Source: Flavobacteriales bacterium (GTDB lineage Bacteria; Bacteroidota; Bacteroidia; Flavobacteriales_F; PHOS-HE28). From it: a stretch of DNA of 64,000 nucleotides. The translations under genes and the position numbers were made by a program. Below the pieces are notes generated by a model that did no database searches, was not told where the DNA came from, and was given only the letters and a program-made list of their open reading frames with translations. Shown one piece after another: positions 10,087 through 19,246 of this stretch. The DNA lies in assembly GCA_047601855.1 (NCBI GenBank), contig JASGIM010000002.1, forward strand, positions 708,277 to 772,276, read 5' to 3'. Position 1 is the stretch's first letter. Each line of letters opens with the position of its first letter.

Positions 10087-10503
10087 GTGGAAAAGAAGCC
10101 GTCCTTCCTCCAGGGGGTCCTGCGGATGCGCTGTCCCTATTGCCGCGAAGGCCGATTCTACGTCTCCCATCCCTACGACCTCAAGCGCGCCGGTGACACG
10201 CTGGACGAGTGTCCCGTTTGCCGCCGCAGCTACCACATCGAATACGGCTTCTACATGGGCGCCATGTACGTGAGCTATGGGATCTCGGTGTTGATCGGCC
10301 TGCTGACCTATGTATTGCTGGCCTGGCTGGCACCGGACCTCTCCATTCCCTGGCAGATCGCCGGTGTGGCGGTGGTGACGCTCATTCTGGCGCCATTGGT
10401 CTATGCGTACAGCAAGGTGCTCTATGGCAACATCTTCCTGCCGTTCAAGGGGCCGTCCGATCCCGGCTATCGTCCGGTGCGGCATCCGGACGCGTGGAAG
10501 TGA
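10087..10503 (+). CDS. DUF983-like zinc-ribbon membrane protein
   Basis: CPYCREG...CPVCRR (4-Cys ribbon) followed by two hydrophobic helices. Start could instead be the Met at 10126. Confidence 0.5.
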   Translation: MEKKPSFLQGVLRMRCPYCREGRFYVSHPYDLKRAGDTLDECPVCRRSYHIEYGFYMGAMYVSYGISVLIGLLTYVLLAWLAPDLSIPWQIAGVAVVTLILAPLVYAYSKVLYGNIFLPFKGPSDPGYRPVRHPDAWK

Positions 10504-10504
10504 A

Positions 10505-10954
10505 CTAGGCGGAGGCCTCGTTCGCCTTCTTCACCTGCCGCCGTATATACGTGTGGAAGATGTGCCTGCGCGCGAAGCGGGAGTTGCCGTCGTTGTTCAC
10601 GAACTTGTTGTAGACGTTCTGCGGCACGCCGTAGAACTCGAACGCACAGCCATCGCCGAAATCCACGTGCAGCGTTTGTGACTTGTAGTGCCAGTTGGTG
10701 ATCGGCGTGGCGATCGTGCGCTCGAACTCCTCGGCGCTCTGCGCGTGCGTTTCCGGGTGGATGCTCACCAGGAAATGGTACGCATCGATCACGTGCTTGC
10801 TGGTCTCCTCGGCCTCATGCCGGCGGGCTTCGTCGTTCGCGAAGCGGTCCGGATGATGCTCCTTCATCAGCTTTTTATAGAGCAGGCCCAGCTCCTTCAG
10901 GTCCGTCTTCGCGGTGGCGCCCAGGAGACGGCGGCTGTCTAGGATCTTCTTCAT
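10505..10954 (-). CDS. J-domain (DnaJ) protein fused to a C-terminal KTSC domain
   Basis: LKELGLLYKKLMKEHHPDRF is a J-domain with its HPD motif. C-terminus TLHVDFGDGCAFEFYGVPQNVYNKFVNNDGNSRFARRHI matches the KTSC fold. Start chosen at MKKILD. Confidence 0.65.
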   Translation of the reverse strand: MKKILDSRRLLGATAKTDLKELGLLYKKLMKEHHPDRFANDEARRHEAEETSKHVIDAYHFLVSIHPETHAQSAEEFERTIATPITNWHYKSQTLHVDFGDGCAFEFYGVPQNVYNKFVNNDGNSRFARRHIFHTYIRRQVKKANEASA

Positions 10955-11035
10955 GGCGCGCGAAGGTCGGCAAACGGCGATCATGGTCGATCGCCTTCAA
11001 GCATCAACGCCGGTGCATCACCCGCAGGGGCGGAC

Positions 11036-12304
11036 CTACGCTGCCTGCCGGATGGCCTGCGATGCGTGCTGATGCCGCTTCACCTGGCGGTCCACCAGCC
11101 AGATGAGGCCCACACAGGTCACCATGGTCGCGGAGCATACGTAGGCCAGCGTGTCGTAATGCAGCAAGGGACCCGTTTCAGGCTGTTCCACGATGAGCCC
11201 GCCCACCATGGCGGCGAAGCCGCCGGAGAGCTGTTGGATGGACGACATGATGGACATGAACGCGCCACGATCGGCCAGTTCGGGCACGGCCGTCATCAAT
11301 GCCGAGGAGGAGACCATGCGCGAGGAGATCCCCACGAACATCACCGAGCTGAGCACCACCACGGCCCAGAGCGGCGTGGGACCGAGGTGGCTGTAGTACA
11401 AGGTGACGATGATGGCGATGATGGTGCCGATGATGAAGGTGGGCAGCCGTCCGATGGTGTCGCTGAGCCTGCCCACCAGCGGGAAGGTGATGAACGAGCA
11501 TACGCCGACGATCATGAAGATCAGCGGCAGCTTGGCCTCGGGGATCAGCAGGTTGTTCACTTGGAACGCGGTGGAGAACGGCATCATCATGAACCCGCCC
11601 GTGGCCAGCAATATGACCCCGAGGAACGGGACCAGGTAGCGCCGGTTCGTCGCCGTGCTCACCAAATGGCGCACGGGGTCCGTGTCGTGGTGCAGGTGAA
11701 GGTGCTCCGCCACGGGACGCATCCAGCGCGCGATCACCAGCCCGGCCACCAGGCCCACGGCGACAATGAGCAGGAAGGGGGCGTGCCAGTCCCACCAATG
11801 GGCCAGGTACAACCCCACCGGGATGCCCAGCACCTGGCTCGCCGCGAAAGCCATCTGTACGAACCCCATTACGCGGCCGCGCTTCTCCATGGGGAAGCTG
11901 TCGGTTACGATGGCCATGCTCACCGAGCCGATCACCCCACCGAAGGTGCCCGTGATGATCCGAGCGGCCAGCAACAGTTCATACGTGGGCGCCAACCCGC
12001 AGAACAGCGTGCCGGCCAGGAAGCCGGTATAGAAGAACAGGAGCAGCTTCTTGCGGTCGTACTTGTCCGCGAAGCCCGCGGCCAGCAGCCCCGAAACGCC
12101 GGCGGCGAACGCGTATCCGGACACCACGTGGCTGAACTGCGCGGGCGTGATCTTCAGCACGGGCATCAGGATGGCGCCCAGCGGGGCCATTACCATGAAG
12201 TCCAGGATCACCGTGAACTGGATGAAGGCCAGCACGGCGATCAGGAACACCTGGTAACGGGAGAAGAGCCGCGGCTTCGCGGCCGCTGGTGCATGGGCGG
12301 CCAT
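11036..12304 (-). CDS. MFS transporter
   Basis: 12-TM hydrophobic profile. MFS motif region GRLSDTIGR and DKYDRKKLLL. The 455-aa + strand ORF 11066..12433 is its antisense shadow. Confidence 0.8.
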   Translation of the reverse strand: MAAHAPAAAKPRLFSRYQVFLIAVLAFIQFTVILDFMVMAPLGAILMPVLKITPAQFSHVVSGYAFAAGVSGLLAAGFADKYDRKKLLLFFYTGFLAGTLFCGLAPTYELLLAARIITGTFGGVIGSVSMAIVTDSFPMEKRGRVMGFVQMAFAASQVLGIPVGLYLAHWWDWHAPFLLIVAVGLVAGLVIARWMRPVAEHLHLHHDTDPVRHLVSTATNRRYLVPFLGVILLATGGFMMMPFSTAFQVNNLLIPEAKLPLIFMIVGVCSFITFPLVGRLSDTIGRLPTFIIGTIIAIIVTLYYSHLGPTPLWAVVVLSSVMFVGISSRMVSSSALMTAVPELADRGAFMSIMSSIQQLSGGFAAMVGGLIVEQPETGPLLHYDTLAYVCSATMVTCVGLIWLVDRQVKRHQHASQAIRQAA

Positions 12305-12429
12305 GGGAGAGGAGGGACGAAAAGCCCGCGAAATTGCTTCGATCCGATGGATCGGAAGGCCCGTTCACAGGAATTGGCAAGCGGTGTGGAGCGGTCACCC
12401 TTCGGCTTCGTTCAGGGTGACGCACCCCC

Positions 12430-13176
12430 CTAGCTCCGGAAGCGCACCATCACCGTGTTCCCCTTCTCTTCGCGCGTGATCTCCAACTGGTCCTTCAGCG
12501 CGTTCACGAGCGCGGAGAGCGAGGCGTGGCCGTAGCTCCGCGGATCGAATCCGGGATCGAGCCGGTAGAGCGCCTGTCCGATGCGGCTCAGGCTGGCCGT
12601 TTCCTCCTCGCCCTTGGCGATGGTGAAGGCCTTGCGCAGCTTCCGCATCAGGGGAGCGTTCGCCGAGAGCGCGGGAGCGGCCTTGCGGTTGCCGGGGGCG
12701 CGTTCCTTCGCGGGTTTCGCCGCGGTCTCCTCGTGCACGTCCAGGTTCTCCACGTAGATGAACCGTTCGCAGGCCTTCACGAAGGCGTCGGGTGTCTTCT
12801 TCTCGCCCACGCCCATCACGAACAGGCCGGACTCGCGCAGCCGCGTGGCCAGGCGGGTGTAATCGCTGTCGCTGCTCACGATGCAGAAGGCATCCACCAG
12901 CTGGCCGTGCAGGATGTCCATGGCATCGATGATGAGCGCGCTGTCCGTGCTGTTCTTGCCCTTGGTGTAGGCGAACTGCTGCACCGGCTGGATGGCGTTC
13001 GCGTTCAGCAGGTCCTTCCACCCGCTCATGCCGGTGGTGGTCCAGTCGCCATAGATGCGGCGGATGGTGATCGTGCCCTGCTTCGATACCTCTTCCAGGA
13101 TCGCGGCCAGCCGCTTCGGCGCCGCGTTGTCACCATCGATCAGCAGCGCGATCGTGGTGTCGTTGATCTTCTTCAT
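12430..13176 (-). CDS. NYN-domain (LabA-like) ribonuclease-fold protein with C-terminal OST-HTH/LOTUS domain
   Basis: ALLIDGDNA...IRRIYGDW...CIVSSDSDYTRL is the NYN core. C-terminus SLSRIGQALYRLDPGFDPRSYGHASLSALVNALKD is OST-HTH. Confidence 0.75.
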   Translation of the reverse strand: MKKINDTTIALLIDGDNAAPKRLAAILEEVSKQGTITIRRIYGDWTTTGMSGWKDLLNANAIQPVQQFAYTKGKNSTDSALIIDAMDILHGQLVDAFCIVSSDSDYTRLATRLRESGLFVMGVGEKKTPDAFVKACERFIYVENLDVHEETAAKPAKERAPGNRKAAPALSANAPLMRKLRKAFTIAKGEEETASLSRIGQALYRLDPGFDPRSYGHASLSALVNALKDQLEITREEKGNTVMVRFRS

Positions 13177-13214
13177 AATACGGCGCGAAGGTACGCTTGG
13201 TGGTCAGGAGCAGG

Positions 13215-13288
13215 CGCAGGTGGCAGGTGCAAGAGGCAGGGGCAGGCAGCAGCGGCAGTTGCCTCCTGCCCCTGCTCCTGCCACCTGC
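13215..13288 (-). terminator. long imperfect hairpin just downstream of the yceI-like gene
   Basis: GCAGGTGGCAGG..AGGCAGGGGCAGG pairs with CCTGCCCCTGCTCCTGCCACCTGC. Lies 17 nt after the minus-strand stop at 13305. Confidence 0.45.
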
Positions 13289-13304
13289 CTATTGCCCCGG
13301 AGCA

Positions 13305-13850
13305 TCACACCACCTCGGGTGCGCCTTGCTTCACCAATTGCACTTCGCAGGCGATGCGCACTTCGTCGCTCACCAGTACGCCGCCGCTCTCCAGCGCCGC
13401 GTTCCATTCCAGGCCCCACTGTTTGCGGTCCAGCTTGCCATGCACGCTCACGCCCGCCTTCGTGTTGCCCCAGGGGTCCTTCGTCACGCCGCCCCATTCG
13501 ATGTCCAGCTTCACCTGCTTGGTGACACCCTTGATCGTGAGGTCGCCGTAGAGCTCCCAACTGCCGTCCTGATCCACGTTCTCCGTGCGTGTGCCCTTGA
13601 ACGTGATCCTGGGGAATTTCTCCGCGTCGAAGAAGTCCGGGCCTTTCAGGTGGCCGTCGCGTTGTTCGTTGCCGGTGCTCACGCTGGCGGCGTCAGCCCA
13701 GAACTCCACCTTGGCCTTGCTCAGGTCGTCGTGTTCGGCTTCGATCTCCGCGCCGAACTGCTGGAAGCTGCCCGTCACGGTGGTGATCATCAGGTGCTTC
13801 ACTTTGAATTGGATCTCGCTGTGCGCGGGATCGATGGTCCACTTCGTCAT
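13305..13850 (-). CDS. YceI-family protein
   Basis: MTKWTIDPAHSEIQFKVKHLMITTVTGSF...FFDAEKFP...GDLTIKGVTK is a YceI-like lipid/polyisoprenoid-binding fold. Start set at MTKW inside ORF 13305..13964. Confidence 0.8.
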   Translation of the reverse strand: MTKWTIDPAHSEIQFKVKHLMITTVTGSFQQFGAEIEAEHDDLSKAKVEFWADAASVSTGNEQRDGHLKGPDFFDAEKFPRITFKGTRTENVDQDGSWELYGDLTIKGVTKQVKLDIEWGGVTKDPWGNTKAGVSVHGKLDRKQWGLEWNAALESGGVLVSDEVRIACEVQLVKQGAPEVV

Positions 13851-13878
13851 CGTCGTTGTTCTTGGTTGAGTGTTCTGT

Positions 13879-14619
13879 TCAATGCACGTGCATCGGCACG
13901 TCGAGCAAGAGGATATCCGCGCCGTCAGCGCCGGTGGTGATCGCCAGGGTGTCCGTGCCCTCAACGCCCAGCGCGTCGCGCGTGTTCAGTTCCTGCCCGT
14001 TGATCGTGGCACTGCCGCGGATCACGAAAGCGTACACGCCGTTGCCCTCGCGCTTCACGGAATAGCGCTCGCTGCGTTCCGCGCCGAACCGGCCCAGGTG
14101 CAGCCAGGCATGCTGGTGGATCCAGGTGCCCGCATCGTTGGCGTCCGGCGAAACGATCTGTTGGAAACGGTCCTGCCGCTCGGCCGGGTCCAGCGTGATC
14201 TGGTCGTAGCGTGGCGTCACGTTGCGCGTATGCGGGAAGAGCCAGATCTGCAGCAGCTTGGTGGGGTGCGCATGGTCCGGGTTGAACTCGCTGTGCCGCA
14301 CGCCCGTGCCGGCGCTCATCACTTGCACGTCGCCGGTCTTGATCACGGCCGTGTTGCCCATGCTGTCCTTGTGCTGCAAGGCGCCCTCCAAGGGGATCGT
14401 GATGATCTCCATGTTGTCGTGCGGGTGCATGCCGAAGCCCATGCCCCCGGCGATCGTGTCGTCGTTCAGCACGCGCAGGGTGCCGAAATGCACCTTGGCG
14501 GGGTCGTACCAGCTGGCGAAGCTGAAGGAATGCCACGCATCCAACCATCCGTGGTCGGCGTGGCCCCGGTCGGCTGCGCGATGGAGCGTGAGGCGGCCGG
14601 TCGTTGTCGTGGTGTTCAT
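13879..14619 (-). CDS. pirin-family protein
   Basis: FGTLRVLNDDTIAGGMGFGMHPHDNMEIITIPLEG...HKDSMGN is the pirin cupin signature with metal-binding His residues. Confidence 0.85.
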   Translation of the reverse strand: MNTTTTTGRLTLHRAADRGHADHGWLDAWHSFSFASWYDPAKVHFGTLRVLNDDTIAGGMGFGMHPHDNMEIITIPLEGALQHKDSMGNTAVIKTGDVQVMSAGTGVRHSEFNPDHAHPTKLLQIWLFPHTRNVTPRYDQITLDPAERQDRFQQIVSPDANDAGTWIHQHAWLHLGRFGAERSERYSVKREGNGVYAFVIRGSATINGQELNTRDALGVEGTDTLAITTGADGADILLLDVPMHVH

Positions 14620-14664
14620 CCGTTGGATCCTTCTTTTCGGGGACAAAGTTCACCCACATAACTA

Positions 14665-14672
14665 TACATTTG
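14665..14672 (+). promoter_or_regulatory. Bacteroidota -7 promoter motif TACATTTG (TAnnTTTG) 46 nt upstream of hxlR
   Basis: Exact match to the TAnnTTTG consensus, in an AT-rich divergent intergenic region. Confidence 0.4.
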
Positions 14673-14683
14673 CAAGTAGTTAC

Positions 14684-14708
14684 ACGGATGTATATCAATA
14701 TACTCCGT
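14684..14708. promoter_or_regulatory. imperfect palindrome ACGGATGTATAT-CAAT-ATATACTCCGT between pirin and hxlR, a candidate HxlR operator
   Basis: Inverted repeat read directly. HxlR/MarR-type regulators typically bind such dyads in divergent promoters. Confidence 0.35.
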
Positions 14709-14717
14709 GATAGTATC

Positions 14718-15107
14718 ATGGACAGCGTAAGGAAGATCAACGTCCGGAAAAATGCAGCACCCCGCGTGGATACCGGTTCCGGGCCGGGTTGCGCCTTCCG
14801 CCAGACCTTGGGCCTGCTGGAAGGGAAGTGGAAGTTCCCCGTGATCCACAGCCTGCTGAAGCGGGAGAAGATGCGCTTCAAGGAGCTGGAGCGCGACCTG
14901 GCGGGCATCACGCCGCGCATGCTGATCAAGGAGCTGAAGGACCTGGAGCGGGCGGGCATCGTCACCCGCACCGCCTACGCCACGGTGCCGCCCACGGTGG
15001 AATACGCCCTTACCGCGTGCGGCCGCACGCTGAAACCGGTGATGGACGCCATCCAGGCGTGGGGCGAGGCGCACGAAGCCGTCATCGCCCGGGCCCGGCG
15101 CGCCTGA
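14718..15107 (+). CDS. HxlR-family (MarR/DUF24-type) transcriptional regulator
   Basis: CAFRQTLGLLEGKWKFPVIHSLL...MRFKELERDLAGITPRMLIKELKDLERAGIV is the HxlR wHTH domain. Divergent to pirin, a common pairing. Confidence 0.85.
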   Translation: MDSVRKINVRKNAAPRVDTGSGPGCAFRQTLGLLEGKWKFPVIHSLLKREKMRFKELERDLAGITPRMLIKELKDLERAGIVTRTAYATVPPTVEYALTACGRTLKPVMDAIQAWGEAHEAVIARARRA

Positions 15108-15307
15108 GCGCCGTTCCTTGCGACGGAAGGCCCGTTCCTCGATCGCCGATGGGGCGGCGCACGTTCGCGGCCCGGCGCGGCGTTGATCGATCGTCGGCGC
15201 CTTCCCGCGTCCGGCGCGGGTCCTGGCCGGAAGGAAGCCCACTGGCACCCGTTCGTCACCTGGAGCGGCATAACGGTCGCTTTACATGCGCCGAGCGGCG
15301 ACTTTGC

Positions 15308-15315
15308 TATGTTTG
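15308..15315 (+). promoter_or_regulatory. -7 promoter motif TATGTTTG (TAnnTTTG), with a TTTA -33-like element 22 nt upstream, ahead of exbB
   Basis: Motif read directly. exbB starts ~90 nt downstream. Confidence 0.3.
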
Positions 15316-15407
15316 CGACCCTCCGTGCGGACCTTCGCCGCCATGCGATCAGGCGTCACCGCGCATCAATCACAGGAACACACCCCAACCTCGAAACGTC
15401 AACCTCA

Positions 15408-16223
15408 ATGAGCAACGGAAGCAACTCCGGGAAGATGTCCAGCATGTTCGTGGCCATCGTGATCCCCCTCGCGCTGATTGTCAGCGTGCTGTTCTACATG
15501 TTCGTCCTGGGTGATCCGGGGAACTTCGAGGGTGGCGATCCGATTAAAGGGCACCCGGTGGCCAGCGAGCCGGGCCACACCTTCGGCCTGATCCACAAAG
15601 GGGGCTTCATCGTGCCCATCCTGATCACGGTGAACCTGCTGGTGATCATCTTCTCCATCGAGCGTTTCCTGACCCTGAGCAAGGCTAAGGGCACGGGCCG
15701 GATCGATGCCTTCCTGGGCAATGTGCGCCACCTGCTGGCCGGTGATCAAGTGGACCAGGCCATCGCCGCCTGCGACGAGCAGAAGGGCAGCGTGGCCAAC
15801 GTGATGCGCAGCGGCCTGGAGAAGTACCGCACGGTGCTCCGCGACGGCGCGCTGGACAAGGAGACGAAGATCAGCACGGTGAAGCAGGAGATCGAAGAGG
15901 CCACCGCGCTGGAGCTGCCCATGCTCAGCAAGAACCTGGTGATCCTCTCCACCTGCGCCAGCATCAGCACCCTGCTGGGTCTGATCGGTACGGTGCTCGG
16001 TATGATCCGTTCGTTCGCGGCACTGGCCCAGGCCGGCGCCCCGGACGCTACCGCGCTGTCCACCGGTATCTCCGAGGCCCTCATCAACACGGCCTTCGGT
16101 ATCATCGGCTCGTGCATCGCCATCATCATGTTCAACTACTTCAGCACCAAGATCGACGCCATCACCCACGGCATCGATGAGGCGGGCTTCAGCGTGAGCC
16201 AGACCCTGGCCAACCACAAATAG
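15408..16223 (+). CDS. exbB: MotA/TolQ/ExbB proton-channel protein
   Basis: Three TM segments and the conserved C-terminal region LSTGISEALINTAFGIIGSCIAIIMFNYF. Start at MSNGSNSG inside ORF 15183..16223. Confidence 0.85.
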   Translation: MSNGSNSGKMSSMFVAIVIPLALIVSVLFYMFVLGDPGNFEGGDPIKGHPVASEPGHTFGLIHKGGFIVPILITVNLLVIIFSIERFLTLSKAKGTGRIDAFLGNVRHLLAGDQVDQAIAACDEQKGSVANVMRSGLEKYRTVLRDGALDKETKISTVKQEIEEATALELPMLSKNLVILSTCASISTLLGLIGTVLGMIRSFAALAQAGAPDATALSTGISEALINTAFGIIGSCIAIIMFNYFSTKIDAITHGIDEAGFSVSQTLANHK

Positions 16224-16280
16224 GTCGTTCCATTCCTGCGTGTCAGTTCGAGCGCAGTCGAGAACCAACCCCAAAGCAAG

Positions 16281-16916
16281 ATGCCCAAGATCAAAATGCC
16301 CCGGAGCAGTCCTTCGCTGGACATGACCCCGATGGTGGACCTGGCCTTCCTGCTGGTGACCTTCTTCATGCTCACGGCCCAGTTCCGCCCGGAAGAGGTG
16401 GTCGCCGTGGACACGCCGAGCAGCATGTCCCAATCGGCCATCCCCACGGAGAACCTGATGACCATCACGGTGGACAGCGTAGGGCGGGTGTTCTGGGATT
16501 TCACCGACAAGAAGGTGCGCACCGCCGTGGTGAAGGAGATGGCCAACCGCTACCACCTTCCGCCGCTCACGGAGGAACAGGTAGCCCGGTTCACCAACCT
16601 CACCGTCATCGGCATGCCCATCCAACAGTTGCCCGCTTACCTGGACCTGCCGAACGCCACCGAGCGCAAGGTGATGGACCTGGAGACCAAGGGCATACCG
16701 ATGGACAGCACCAACAACCAGTTGCAGGACTGGATCCGCGTGACCCAGCTTATCTTCAGTAGCGACACGGAGGGCAAGAACCCCCTGGTGGCGCTGAAAG
16801 GCGACGGTAACGTGAACTATGGGACCATCAACAAGGTGATCAAGATCTTCCAAGGACCGACGATCAAGATCAACCGGTTCAAGATGATCACCGACCTGGA
16901 GGAAAGCCGCATGTAG
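16281..16916 (+). CDS. exbD: ExbD/TolR biopolymer transport protein
   Basis: LDMTPMVDLAFLLVTFFML signature. Confidence 0.85.
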   Translation: MPKIKMPRSSPSLDMTPMVDLAFLLVTFFMLTAQFRPEEVVAVDTPSSMSQSAIPTENLMTITVDSVGRVFWDFTDKKVRTAVVKEMANRYHLPPLTEEQVARFTNLTVIGMPIQQLPAYLDLPNATERKVMDLETKGIPMDSTNNQLQDWIRVTQLIFSSDTEGKNPLVALKGDGNVNYGTINKVIKIFQGPTIKINRFKMITDLEESRM

Positions 16917-16931
16917 ACCCGCCTTGGACCG

Positions 16932-17612
16932 ATGGGCCCCGGTGGTGCAGGCACCGCGAGGGACCCCGGTCAGGCCAACCCAACAGCCATGGCAGAAGTA
17001 CCCGGAGGAGAAGGCGGCGGAGGTGGAAGGCACCAGAAGAAGCGCGCCAAGAAGGGCAACACCCGCGTCGACATGACGCCGATGGTGGATCTGGCCTTCC
17101 TGCTGCTCACGTTCTTCATCCTCACCACCACCATGTACAAGCCGTCAACGTTGCAGTTGACGTTCCCCGTACCGCCCGAGGACAATAAACCCAAGGACCT
17201 GGACAAGGTGAACAACGCCTTGACCCTCTTCCTCACGAAGAAGGACCAGATCCTCTACTACAAGGACGCGTTCAAGCCCGGCGAGACGCAACTCAGCCGC
17301 ACCGATTTCAGCGCGGTGGAGAAGATGCTCATCGAGATGAACAAGTCCACCGTGGAACGCATCAACGAGCTGAGCGAAAGGCTGAACAGGAAGGAGATCA
17401 CCAAAGCCGCCTACGATTCGCTCAAGAACGAAACGCAGAAACGCCAGGATGCGCTCTTCGTGATCATCAAGCCGGAGAAGGATGCCAAGTACCGGAACAT
17501 GATCGATATCGTGGATGAGATGGACATCAGCGGCATCGGCAAGTTCGCCGTGCAGGATACCATCAAGCCCGATGAGCAGGCGCTGATCGACGCGGAGAAA
17601 CTCAAATTCTGA
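16932..17612 (+). CDS. exbD: ExbD/TolR biopolymer transport protein (second paralog); start may be 16989
   Basis: VDMTPMVDLAFLLLTFFILTT signature after a Lys-rich N-terminus. Confidence 0.8.
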   Translation: MGPGGAGTARDPGQANPTAMAEVPGGEGGGGGRHQKKRAKKGNTRVDMTPMVDLAFLLLTFFILTTTMYKPSTLQLTFPVPPEDNKPKDLDKVNNALTLFLTKKDQILYYKDAFKPGETQLSRTDFSAVEKMLIEMNKSTVERINELSERLNRKEITKAAYDSLKNETQKRQDALFVIIKPEKDAKYRNMIDIVDEMDISGIGKFAVQDTIKPDEQALIDAEKLKF

Positions 17613-17617
17613 GCACC

Positions 17618-18454
17618 ATGACCTATGTGACCATCATCGGGGTCCTGCTCGTCCTGAGCCTCCTGCTCACCCTGGACGGGAGCTGGATGAACGTGCTCCA
17701 GAAAGTGCGCAACAACCTCGTGTTCGCGGACCGCAACAAGGCATACGGCGCGTATGAGCTCCGCACGGATTACAACCGCCGCCTGGCGCTGGCGCTGGCG
17801 TGCGGCGTCGCCTTCTTCGCCGTGGTGATCGGGGCACCCTACATCATCAACAAGCTCGGCAGCAAGGAGGTGAAGGAGGAGAAGGTGAAGATCGTGGACG
17901 TGAACCTGGACAACTACCAGGAGCAGCCCGAAGAACCACCTCCGCCGCCGGAAGTGATCCCGCCGCCGCAGCCGCAGATCGAAACGGTGCAGTTCGTGGC
18001 CGTGGAAGCGGCCGACGAGCCGGTGAACGAGCCGCCCCCCACGCAGGCCGACCTCACCGAGACCACGGCCGGTACCACGACCCAGGAGGGCGAGAAGGTG
18101 GACGCCCCGCCCCCGCCGCCACCCGTGGAAGAGGAGACCTACGACATCGCCGCCGTGCAGGAGCAGCCGGAATTTCCCGGGGGCACCGCCGAGATGTACA
18201 AGTTCTGGGACAAGATCAAGAAGTACCCGGACATGGAATACGAGGCCGGCATCCAAGGCAAGGTGTACGTGGAGTTCACCGTGGAGAAGGATGGCAGCAT
18301 CGAGGACGTGAAAGTGCGCCGGGGCGTGAGCGGCGGCCTCGACAAGGAGGCCGTGCGCATGGTGAAGGCCATGCCCAAGTGGAACCCCGGCAAGATGAAC
18401 GGCAAGCCCGTGAAATGCCGCTTCACCCTGCCGGTGAGCTTCATCCTGCGCTGA
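17618..18454 (+). CDS. tonB: energy transducer TonB
   Basis: N-terminal TM anchor, Pro-rich spacer (EEPPPPPEVIPPPQPQ), and TonB C-terminal domain EFPGGTAEMYKFWDKIKKYP...GKVYVEFTVEKDGSI. Confidence 0.85.
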   Translation: MTYVTIIGVLLVLSLLLTLDGSWMNVLQKVRNNLVFADRNKAYGAYELRTDYNRRLALALACGVAFFAVVIGAPYIINKLGSKEVKEEKVKIVDVNLDNYQEQPEEPPPPPEVIPPPQPQIETVQFVAVEAADEPVNEPPPTQADLTETTAGTTTQEGEKVDAPPPPPPVEEETYDIAAVQEQPEFPGGTAEMYKFWDKIKKYPDMEYEAGIQGKVYVEFTVEKDGSIEDVKVRRGVSGGLDKEAVRMVKAMPKWNPGKMNGKPVKCRFTLPVSFILR

Positions 18455-18472
18455 TCCCGGCCTGTGGCCCTT

Positions 18473-18500
18473 TCGCAAGCCCCGCCATCGGCGGGGCTTG
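18473..18500 (+). terminator. perfect 11-bp GC-rich hairpin (GCAAGCCCCGCC/GGCGGGGCTTGC) after tonB
   Basis: Read directly. Lies 19 nt after the tonB stop. Confidence 0.5.
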
Positions 18501-18520
18501 CCGCTTCCATGGACCTGTAT

Positions 18521-18536
18521 GATCCGCGCGCGGATC
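18521..18536. promoter_or_regulatory. perfect 16-bp palindrome GATCCGCGCGCGGATC upstream of the third exbD
   Basis: Read directly. Possible regulator binding site. It also contains two GATC sites. Confidence 0.25.
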
Positions 18537-18594
18537 GGTACGGCGCACGCAATGCCCTGCACGGTGCGGCGGTTCTGCGGGAAACACCTTCCGA

Positions 18595-19077
18595 ATGGCC
18601 GATATGCAGCCCTCCGGTCCGCGCATGCGCGGCATTCCCGCCTTCATCAAGCTCGACATGACACCCCTGGTCGACCTTGCGTTCCTGTTGCTCTCGTTCT
18701 TCCTCCTCACCACGTCGCTCCGGCGCGCGGCGGGCATTGAGCTGGCGTTGGGCGCGGGCGGTCCACGAGCGCACGGGCATACCATCACCCTGCTCGTGAG
18801 CGGGCGCGATCGCATCCACGGTTACGCAGGCGACTTCGACCCCGCCACCACGCTTCTCCGGCCGTATGGCTTGGACCAGGTGCGTACGGCACTGCACGCC
18901 ATCCCCGACACTGCGGACTTCACGTGCATCATCCGCACGCATCCCACCGCGCGTTACGAGGGCGTGGTGCGCGTGCTGGACGAGGTCGCATTCCTGGGGC
19001 CACGCCACTATGCCGTGCAGGAAGGGTTGAGCGAACAGGAGGCTGTGGCGCTGGAGCCCTTGCTGGTGGCCCGGTAG
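18595..19077 (+). CDS. ExbD/TolR-family protein (divergent third paralog)
   Basis: KLDMTPLVDLAFLLLSFFLLTT signature. Confidence 0.7.
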   Translation: MADMQPSGPRMRGIPAFIKLDMTPLVDLAFLLLSFFLLTTSLRRAAGIELALGAGGPRAHGHTITLLVSGRDRIHGYAGDFDPATTLLRPYGLDQVRTALHAIPDTADFTCIIRTHPTARYEGVVRVLDEVAFLGPRHYAVQEGLSEQEAVALEPLLVAR

Positions 19078-19246
19078 CGATAGGTCATCACGGGCGGTCA
19101 TGCCGGCATCGGGGAACAGCACGATCTCGGACGTGTATATCCACCGCTCCATCCGGTACGGCGCACGCAATGGACCGCCGGATCGCTCGGTTCTAAAGAA
19201 GCATGGAGGACATGCTCCTCGCTTCGACCACCAACACACCTACGCC

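Noticed and set aside
11066-12433. 455-aa + strand ORF over the MFS transporter gene
   Set aside because: Antisense shadow. Arg/His/Gly-rich junk composition.
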